DNA of 64,000 bases from contig JAZKET010000034.1 of assembly GCA_040386815.1 (NCBI GenBank), forward strand, positions 61,236 through 125,235, read 5' to 3'. Numbering within the stretch: position 1 is the stretch's first letter; every line of letters begins with the position of its first letter. Shown one piece after another: positions 48,225 to 56,105 of this stretch. Both the position numbers and the translations under genes were made by a program. This DNA comes from Bacteroidota bacterium (GTDB lineage: Bacteria > Bacteroidota > Bacteroidia > Sphingobacteriales > Sphingobacteriaceae). The notes under the pieces were generated by a model, which searched no databases, was not told where the DNA came from, and was given only the letters and a program-made list of their open reading frames with translations.

Positions 48225-49397
48225 CTAATCGTTTTCAAACTTAGGGTTGGCGGTTTTAAAGTGGAATACGATTTCCCAATCACCCTTTTCGAAAATTGCG
48301 AAATCAAGAAGGATCTTTCCTGTTTCCCTCTGGCCACCAAAGCCCAGACGTGTGAAACTAAATTCAGCATGTGCCAAGTTTCCACCAGTTTGGTTAGTAA
48401 CACCTCCTACGGTATATTTAGAAGGGATTCTAGCCAACGGGATAGGGTAAGCTACGTTGTACTCCATGTAGGTGTGTGCCGCATTCAGGAAAGAACCTGG
48501 CTGCGTACCATCCGGAGTGAATCCATGAACCTGATCAAGCCATTTTGTAGCATTAAATCTAGAAGGATCAATAGCTACTGAGTCCTTATCTAAAAACTTA
48601 AATCTTAATCTGTGACCGATAGCTGCAGCGTCTCCGGTTGGGTCTGTAAATTTGCGAATGTATAGATACACAATACCGCTGGTATTGTTACGACCATCCA
48701 TAACCAGGTTATTGGTTGCGTTACGTATATTCTGTACGGTAGCAAAGTTACGTACCAGTTGGCCACCACCCGGAAGGGTTTTATTAGGCATACCTGTAAC
48801 CTTATTATAGTCATCATTAGGAAGATATGGTTGATCCCTTTGCGGAATAATAACCAAATTCTTAATAGTTCTTGTGCCGCCGCTGTTAGAAATTTTCACG
48901 TCGAAATAGTTTTGATCCTGCGGAAACACAACCGAGTCGGCTGGTCTAACCAAAGCCGGTGTTGCTGTGTACCACAAAACAAAATCACCATTTCCTCTCG
49001 CTTCTAACAAACGGTGGTTTTCAAGTTTTCTTTTTGCTTCAATTTGGGCAAGGCTTGTTTCCTTACCGGTATATTCGCTTGTCCATACTAACGTTGGCTG
49101 TACGGTAAGCAGGTATTCTGCCGAATTACCATCTCCCTTCCTTGGGTTCTTTATCTCAAAAGTCATCGGGAAGCTAGAGTTAGCCGCGTTAAATATGTTA
49201 CCGCCATTTAAAATGGTAGTTCTACCTAAAATTGGCCTAAATTCTTTTGCAGTATAGTCAGCCTGACCGCTTAAATAATTTTTCTCATCAGGCAGATTAA
49301 ATATCTTTCTGCAACCAGAGAAAGCAATTACAGATGCTAACAATACAAAAGTTTTATATCTCATTGTGTTCTGCATAACATGGTTTACTTTAAACAT
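48225..49397 (-). CDS. DUF5007-like lipoprotein
   Basis: FSGC lipobox; ILGRTT, RFKFLDKD and YNVAYPIP; located between the fasciclin gene and susC. Confidence 0.7.
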   Translation of the reverse strand: MFKVNHVMQNTMRYKTFVLLASVIAFSGCRKIFNLPDEKNYLSGQADYTAKEFRPILGRTTILNGGNIFNAANSSFPMTFEIKNPRKGDGNSAEYLLTVQPTLVWTSEYTGKETSLAQIEAKRKLENHRLLEARGNGDFVLWYTATPALVRPADSVVFPQDQNYFDVKISNSGGTRTIKNLVIIPQRDQPYLPNDDYNKVTGMPNKTLPGGGQLVRNFATVQNIRNATNNLVMDGRNNTSGIVYLYIRKFTDPTGDAAAIGHRLRFKFLDKDSVAIDPSRFNATKWLDQVHGFTPDGTQPGSFLNAAHTYMEYNVAYPIPLARIPSKYTVGGVTNQTGGNLAHAEFSFTRLGFGGQRETGKILLDFAIFEKGDWEIVFHFKTANPKFEND

Positions 49398-49408
49398 TTC
49401 TTTTTATA

Positions 49409-50662
49409 TTACAATTGCTCTCTGTAGTTCATAGTCCACTCCGAAATTTGGAATAGATCGTCCAAAGATGAACCTGTACCAGTAAGCAAAATACGCATTC
49501 TGTAACCTTTGTAAGCCACAGTGTTAGGGAAATCAAATATCTTTTGCTGATAGTTTGTAGTCCAATCCTGATCTTGACGTATGTCTAACTGAACCCATAC
49601 AGCTGTCGTGCTTTCCGGATCATCAAGTGTACCGTCAATAGCAAATGCTCTTGGATCACGTCCTCTGTACGTTTTAGAGTCATTGGCGCTTGTCATTGTA
49701 TAGCAATTTGCTACTCTGCCAACGTTTACACCCGCAGCGTTTTTAGGTGTCCAGTATAAAGTTGGATACTGTGAATTTTGAACGCTAACTCTAGATATAA
49801 ATTTAGTTAAAACACTACCGTCAAATAGTCTAATCAAAGTTTCACCTGGCGAAACACCACCGTCGGTATAATTTAAACCTGAAGGGAATGTTACTTTAAA
49901 CGCATCAGTTTTAAAGTTAAACACAGATGGCGGAGGTGGAACGTAGGTTAAACGCGACACAAACTCATCAAAACCAAAGGTGTGATCTGGTCTTAATAGG
50001 TGAACCATACCATTCTTTGTTTTAATGTTAACAGAAGTGGTTGTGGTTTTTGACCACTTAGATGTAAATAAACTTCTTTTTGTGTTTGCAAATTCAATAA
50101 TCTCTGAACCACCATTTTGATAGCCTTGAGCATCAGCATACACACGCTGACCGTGCATTGGGAAACCACCGCGAACCGCAAGGATAAACTGTCCGTCGCC
50201 AATTGCAAAATCATTAGCGATAAACTGCTTACGGATAATGTATCTTGATACTAGTGTATCTAACATAATACTATCCTGTTTAGCTTTTGCTTTTTGCTTT
50301 GGATTAACCAGCAATTTATCACCGGCAGCTAATTGCGTAAGGTAAATAGCTTGTTGGCCTGCAGCTCTACGTACAGTGTTTAAGTTAGCAATAGCTATCT
50401 GGAAACTACTGTTTGACGGAGCAAACAAGGTAACGTTACTATCTGTTAAGGTTTTTGCGATACCCATTTTATCAACAAGTAATAAAAGGGAATCATAAAC
50501 ACCTACTTTGCTTTTTAAGTACTGGTAAGTATTCAAAGAAGCTGAAGTGGTAACCAGCTGTTGCTCGTAATATCCTTTCTCCTTCTTACAACCTGTTTGA
50601 AATATCATAGCAGCAACACTTAGTGCAGCTATATATTTTCCTAATGAATTTAATGTTTTCAT
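49409..50662 (-). CDS. Fasciclin + discoidin-like lipoprotein
   Basis: QTGC lipobox; TLFAPSN and NGMVHLL; C-terminal SAND...RDP...YKGYRM...FQISEW. Confidence 0.82.
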   Translation of the reverse strand: MKTLNSLGKYIAALSVAAMIFQTGCKKEKGYYEQQLVTTSASLNTYQYLKSKVGVYDSLLLLVDKMGIAKTLTDSNVTLFAPSNSSFQIAIANLNTVRRAAGQQAIYLTQLAAGDKLLVNPKQKAKAKQDSIMLDTLVSRYIIRKQFIANDFAIGDGQFILAVRGGFPMHGQRVYADAQGYQNGGSEIIEFANTKRSLFTSKWSKTTTTSVNIKTKNGMVHLLRPDHTFGFDEFVSRLTYVPPPPSVFNFKTDAFKVTFPSGLNYTDGGVSPGETLIRLFDGSVLTKFISRVSVQNSQYPTLYWTPKNAAGVNVGRVANCYTMTSANDSKTYRGRDPRAFAIDGTLDDPESTTAVWVQLDIRQDQDWTTNYQQKIFDFPNTVAYKGYRMRILLTGTGSSLDDLFQISEWTMNYREQL

Positions 50663-50682
50663 GTCTCTATGCGCTTTCTATA

Positions 50683-52272
50683 TTACTTCCAATATGAATT
50701 TTGTGTTATCAGCGGATTTTGAGCTAAAATCTCTTTTGCAATTGGCCAGAAAATACCACCTGTGTTTATCAATTGCATAAACTGAGGGTTATTTTGCTTG
50801 ATCTTTTCATATCTGATTTTGTCATACCAACGCTGACCTTCGCCCATAAACTCTTTTTGACGCTCTTTAAAGATAGCTTCAATAACAGAACCGTTTCTGG
50901 CTGCGTTATAAGTCAAATAATCATTGGCATCATTGTTTGTGATACCTACCTGGTCAACATTATATCTTAACTTCCTAACAAGGTTTAGATCTGATATAGC
51001 AGATGTTGTTTCGCCAAGTACGGCGTAAGCTTCAGCTCTTAACAAGGTAACGTCCTCTAAACGTGTAAGCAAAATAGAGCTTGAGTATATCCTGAAAGTA
51101 GGATCTTTCTCGCCACCCATAATTACTTTGATTTTAGCAAAAATTGGATATCTACCCTGGAAGTTAGCAAAATAACCTGGTCTGGTTTGTGCATCAGCAT
51201 AAGTAACACCAGTTGTATCGATGTTAAAACGAGCATCATTAGTTTCTTTAAAGATTGATAATATCGAATCTTTAGTAACATAAATGTCAGGCACGTTTTT
51301 ATTTACAATAGGAGCAGCTAATGTTAACGACTCAATATTACCGGTAAATGCAGCGTCCTGGTTATCCCAAATAAAACCAAAAGCAAACATTTGGTTCGGG
51401 TTAGCACCATTAGCTGTTTTGTAAAACAAGCCATTGCTATTGGTTAATGTTGCTGTATTTGTATAACCATAACCAAGGCCTGTTCTGGTAGCAGCCTCTG
51501 TTAATACAATACGAGTGTATTTAATAACGTCAGAGTATTTACCTTGCCATGCAGCAACGTGTCCAAGCATTGCGTAAGCACCTAATTTGGTGATCAACGC
51601 GCCGCTCCATCTTCCTTGTGACTGATTGTAATACTGACCAGGCTGTTGCAGGTCATTGTTACTGTACACATACGGTAATTCTAATGCTGCGGCTTCCATT
51701 TCAGACTGTGCGTAAGATAATACAGCATTCTGGTTGGATCTTGCTCTGTTCTCAAATGTTCCGTCACGTGAAGTAAGGATCAATGGAACATCGCCCCATA
51801 TTCTGGCCATGTAGAAATACGCAAACGCTCTTAAGAATCTAACTTGAGCAATATCAACCTGCATGTTATTTGAGGTGTATCTTGCATCTTTTTTCTTAAC
51901 CTCACCGATACGCTCAATGAAAGTGTTAGCGGCATTTACGATAGCGTAAAATCTTCTCCAGTTAGAAAGTTGATTTACAACTGGGTATGCTGCATTAAGG
52001 TCGTTTTTAATAATGGCTTTCAAATCCTGGCGAATAGGGCTTTCAAAGCTTCCCATACGTACGTCGCCGTATATCCAGTGGCCATTATTGTCGGCTAATG
52101 CCGCTCTGGTTAACCCGTATACACCCATAATGCCGGCACGGGCATCTTCTAATGTATTCCAATAGTTAACCTCATTTACAACGCGTGATGAAGCAACATC
52201 TAATGATTTTTTACAGCTATTAGTAGCAATAAGGGTAAAAAAGATCAGACTTAGCAAAACTATTTTTTTCAT
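50683..52272 (-). CDS. susD: SusD/RagB family lipoprotein (first pair)
   Basis: TNSC lipobox; RFLRAFAYFYMARIWGDVP, LLRAEAYA, ERQKEFMGEGQRWYD. Confidence 0.93.
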   Translation of the reverse strand: MKKIVLLSLIFFTLIATNSCKKSLDVASSRVVNEVNYWNTLEDARAGIMGVYGLTRAALADNNGHWIYGDVRMGSFESPIRQDLKAIIKNDLNAAYPVVNQLSNWRRFYAIVNAANTFIERIGEVKKKDARYTSNNMQVDIAQVRFLRAFAYFYMARIWGDVPLILTSRDGTFENRARSNQNAVLSYAQSEMEAAALELPYVYSNNDLQQPGQYYNQSQGRWSGALITKLGAYAMLGHVAAWQGKYSDVIKYTRIVLTEAATRTGLGYGYTNTATLTNSNGLFYKTANGANPNQMFAFGFIWDNQDAAFTGNIESLTLAAPIVNKNVPDIYVTKDSILSIFKETNDARFNIDTTGVTYADAQTRPGYFANFQGRYPIFAKIKVIMGGEKDPTFRIYSSSILLTRLEDVTLLRAEAYAVLGETTSAISDLNLVRKLRYNVDQVGITNNDANDYLTYNAARNGSVIEAIFKERQKEFMGEGQRWYDKIRYEKIKQNNPQFMQLINTGGIFWPIAKEILAQNPLITQNSYWK

Positions 52273-52316
52273 TTCATCTATTTTAAACGGTATTCAATAT
52301 TTTGTCTACGCTCTTA

Positions 52317-55316
52317 TTAAAAGTCTAATTTAACTCCGACTAAGAAAGTTCTTGGAATCTGTATTCCGTAACCGTTGTCATAGCCTGTATAGCTAGCTAA
52401 CTCTGGGTCTTGACCGGTATACTTTGTTAATGTAAATACATTATTTACACTACCATAGATATAGAATTTCTGTAAGTTAATGTGCTTCACTTTGAATTTG
52501 CTTGTCAAATCATATCCTAATGATAATGTACGAAGCTTAATGAATGAAGCGTCTTCTAAGAATAACGACTGATTAACCTGGTAAGGAGCAACAGAACTTG
52601 CCGGGTTGTATAGAGGGTATTTTGAATAGTCGCCTCTTTTCTCCCAATAAGTGATCTCTCTGGCAGAGTTGATGTCATTTAAACCTTCACGGTTGTAAAA
52701 ATCAAATCTGTTAGCCATCTCCTGGTTCATTAACTTACGACCAAGGTTGTAGTAGAAGTTTAAACCTAAAGTCCATTTTCCGTAAGTAAAATCGTTATTC
52801 CAACCACCCGATACCGTAGGTAAAGCATGACCTTGTAACGTTCTGTCAGCATCAGTTATAGCGTTATCGCCATTAACATCCTGCCATCTTGGATCGCCTG
52901 TTTTTAAAGCAATACCATTGTAAGCCATTTTCTTACCGGCTACTGTTGGCACTTCAGAGTCGTTATTGTAAATACCCTGGTTATTTAATAACCAATAGCT
53001 ATCAACAGATGAACCTACTTTCAACATTCTGTCGCCAATTACCAATTGGTTTAATCCGCCTGGTAAAGCTGTAAGCGTGTTTTTGTTTAGGTTAACGTTT
53101 AATGAAGTTGTCCATGATAATTTGCTGTCAGAAGGTAGTATTACACCTGTAACAGTTGCGTCTATACCTGTGTTGCGGATAGCCATACCGTTTCTGATAA
53201 CAGAAGTATAACCATACTCAGCAGCTGAAGGAACACCTAATAACATGTTTTTGTCATGTTTGTAGTAAGCGTTCAAGCTTAAGTATAAGCGCTTGTTAAA
53301 TAAAGCCGCATCTAAACCAAGGCTAGCCTGATCTGTGTAAGCCCATTTAAGGTTGTAAGGAACGTAACCTGCAGTGTACGGACGAGTTAACGCAGCTATA
53401 CCGTTATAACCCGGAGTAATTAAGTTACCGGTATAACCAATAAACGCGGTGTACTGAGGTCCTTGAGAATAATTGTCAAAATTCTCAAATCTTCCCATTC
53501 TGCCAATGCTACCACGTAGGTTTAAATCAGACACTGAAGGGGCATCAGATAAGAACTCTCTTTTCAAATCCCAACCTGCTGTTAATACCGGTGAGTAGTA
53601 CCAACGGTCTGTTGGTTGTTGGTTTGAAGAAGCATCAGCTCTTAACAATAAAGATAGGTTGTAAGTACCTTTGAAAGAGTAATCAACTTTACCGTAGAAA
53701 GAAGTAAGGTTGCTTCTGGTTTTATCTAAGAATTTGTATACCAACTGGCTTCTGAAAACTGTTGGATTTAAATAACCAGGGTCACTTGGGTTTGAAACCA
53801 ATAAGTTTAATTTAATAAAGTCGTTGCTACCTTTATATGCATAACCATAAGTATATCTATGGAAATCATATTGGAAAGAGTTACCTAAAGTAAATTCAAA
53901 CTTGTTATCGGCATTGATATCATGGCTGTAAGTAGCAATGTTATCAATAGTACCGCGTTGGTTGTAGCCAAAATAGTTTGATGCATAGTTAGTTGTTTGC
54001 AACAAAGTTCTTGGGAAGAAAATATCACGGTAGCCTTCGTTATAATCAATAGCTAAGGTGGTGATAAATTTAAATTTACCTAAATCAACAGCAAATTTTG
54101 CGTAGCCGTTAACAAGGTTGGTTTTGTTATTGTCAAAGCCACCACCAAATTGATCTAAGTACTGTTGGTACTTAACTTTGTTTGGCGTTAACGGTGTGCT
54201 TAGATCTGGTATGTAGTTAACTTGCGCTAACCTGTCGCGTACGTTTTTGTTACGTGCACGTACAATACGGTTACCGTTTACCATTGCGCTAAACGCTAAC
54301 CATTTTAATGGTTTCATGTTGATCAGGAAACGGGTATCGTAACGGTCCATATTGGTTTTATCAGCTACACCACCGTTTTTAGTGTTACCTAAAGAGAAAC
54401 GGAAGTTAGCCAACTCATTACCACCACTGATACTGGCGTTAACGCTATATATAGCACTGCTGCCATAATAAAGGTCATTCCAGTTTGAAGAGCCGTAATA
54501 ATCGTTACTTAATGAGTCGCTCAAGAATAATGGATAGTTGTCATTTTCAGAGAATGAACCATTAGCAGTATACTTGTTGTAAAACTGTCTTCTGAAATTG
54601 TTTTCAAATCTACCATTGATAGTAGTTACAGAGCTTGGTGTAGCAACACCTGCGTAGGTATCAAAAGTAATTCTTCTTCTGGTACCTGCTGCTTTGGTTG
54701 TTATTAAGATAACACCGTTTGCAGCTTTAGGGCCATAAAGAGCAGTACCATCTAAACCTTTTAATACCTCAACAGATTTGATGTTTGCAAAGTTGATACC
54801 TGCTAAAGTATTTGTTGCCGGGCCAATTTTGTCAAACTTGTACTGCTGGATATCAAATGCGTAAGGATGTTCCTGTACCATTTGTACACCGTCAATAACT
54901 ACAAGTGGTTGTGTTGCGTACAACTCACGTGCAGATAATAGCGGCTGAGACGTTCCATGTATAAACATGTTTTGAACGGTTCCTGGCTCGCCAGATGGTT
55001 CTTGTACATACAAACCAGCCGCAGCTCCTTTTAAGTATTGCTGTAATGAAACAGCCGGGAAAGTTGATAGTTTATCAACATCGGTATCATTTGTCTTAGA
55101 CTTCAGTCTTTTCGAAATAATAGCCTTAGCCGGCACAACACCTACCGGTATTGTATCAATAGCTGTCGAATCAATAGCAGCTTTACGGGTTGAGTCTTGA
55201 AAGCCCGCGTTTAATGAGCTATGGTTCGAGACACGTGCGTACATAGCTGTATTGCCATAGGAGTACGTTGTTGTACATAGCACACCAAGGAAAGTTATAA
55301 TTGCAATAATGCGCAT
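52317..55316 (-). CDS. susC: SusC/RagA TonB-dependent transporter (first pair, lacking the N-terminal extension domain)
   Basis: PLVVIDG and EVLKG...LYGPKAANGVILITTK plug motifs; ends IPRTFLVGVKLDF. Confidence 0.93.
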   Translation of the reverse strand: MRIIAIITFLGVLCTTTYSYGNTAMYARVSNHSSLNAGFQDSTRKAAIDSTAIDTIPVGVVPAKAIISKRLKSKTNDTDVDKLSTFPAVSLQQYLKGAAAGLYVQEPSGEPGTVQNMFIHGTSQPLLSARELYATQPLVVIDGVQMVQEHPYAFDIQQYKFDKIGPATNTLAGINFANIKSVEVLKGLDGTALYGPKAANGVILITTKAAGTRRRITFDTYAGVATPSSVTTINGRFENNFRRQFYNKYTANGSFSENDNYPLFLSDSLSNDYYGSSNWNDLYYGSSAIYSVNASISGGNELANFRFSLGNTKNGGVADKTNMDRYDTRFLINMKPLKWLAFSAMVNGNRIVRARNKNVRDRLAQVNYIPDLSTPLTPNKVKYQQYLDQFGGGFDNNKTNLVNGYAKFAVDLGKFKFITTLAIDYNEGYRDIFFPRTLLQTTNYASNYFGYNQRGTIDNIATYSHDINADNKFEFTLGNSFQYDFHRYTYGYAYKGSNDFIKLNLLVSNPSDPGYLNPTVFRSQLVYKFLDKTRSNLTSFYGKVDYSFKGTYNLSLLLRADASSNQQPTDRWYYSPVLTAGWDLKREFLSDAPSVSDLNLRGSIGRMGRFENFDNYSQGPQYTAFIGYTGNLITPGYNGIAALTRPYTAGYVPYNLKWAYTDQASLGLDAALFNKRLYLSLNAYYKHDKNMLLGVPSAAEYGYTSVIRNGMAIRNTGIDATVTGVILPSDSKLSWTTSLNVNLNKNTLTALPGGLNQLVIGDRMLKVGSSVDSYWLLNNQGIYNNDSEVPTVAGKKMAYNGIALKTGDPRWQDVNGDNAITDADRTLQGHALPTVSGGWNNDFTYGKWTLGLNFYYNLGRKLMNQEMANRFDFYNREGLNDINSAREITYWEKRGDYSKYPLYNPASSVAPYQVNQSLFLEDASFIKLRTLSLGYDLTSKFKVKHINLQKFYIYGSVNNVFTLTKYTGQDPELASYTGYDNGYGIQIPRTFLVGVKLDF

Positions 55317-56105
55317 AACAGATAATTAAGTATTAACTGATTAAAAAACTGTTTATTAATTGTTGTATTCTAGTAGGAATTTCTAATAGCCAAAAACAGC
55401 ACAACAACCCTAAAAAAGGCTGTCAAACAAGTATTTCCGGAAATTAGAATAAAAATCTATTTGGCTGCTTGAACTATCAGAATTTAGCCGAACGAAAATC
55501 TGCACCAACTTGCGTCAGTCGATTATCATCCAGAAATTGATAGTAAGTAATGCCAGGAGGATTCACTCCAAAGGGTTTTTGTAAATTTTTGATCATAGCA
55601 TGGTTTATAATAGTTAAATAATGATTTGTTAGGGCAATAAAATTAAAATTGGTCGTATTCGTAATTGGTTGCAAATGAACGTAACATTGCTGTTATTAAA
55701 CATTCACTTTGACAATGATACAAAATTAAATCTGATATATTCCAAATATATTTTAAAATAATCTCATTTTTTGGAGCATAAAAGAGACATAATTTGGCAT
55801 TTGTATTTAATACTGGACAAACCAACTATGATTGCACTCATAACAATCATAAATTCTGTAGGTTAAACTATACCTACCAAATAAAATTAGTCACATTAAA
55901 CCTTTTCTTAACCCTGCTGTCTATAGCTAAACAATTTAACCAAGCAATTAAACTATAGCCAATTGTAACCTTTGTACTACCTTTCTCAACTTTCAATAAA
56001 ATTGCGTTGCTTTGCACCTGTTAACTGCTCAGTAAATACCAAGTAACTCGCTTATATGTTCGATTGAGAAGCGACTCCCTATTGTATATTATACCTATAC
56101 CTAAT

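Noticed and set aside
31032-56060. Integrative element or prophage
   Set aside because: No integrase, transposase, tRNA target, att-like direct repeats or phage genes were seen. Only the compositional shift is reported.
55317-56063. Known riboswitch upstream of susC
   Set aside because: I could not recognise cobalamin, TPP or SAM consensus elements by eye. An Rfam scan would be needed to exclude others.
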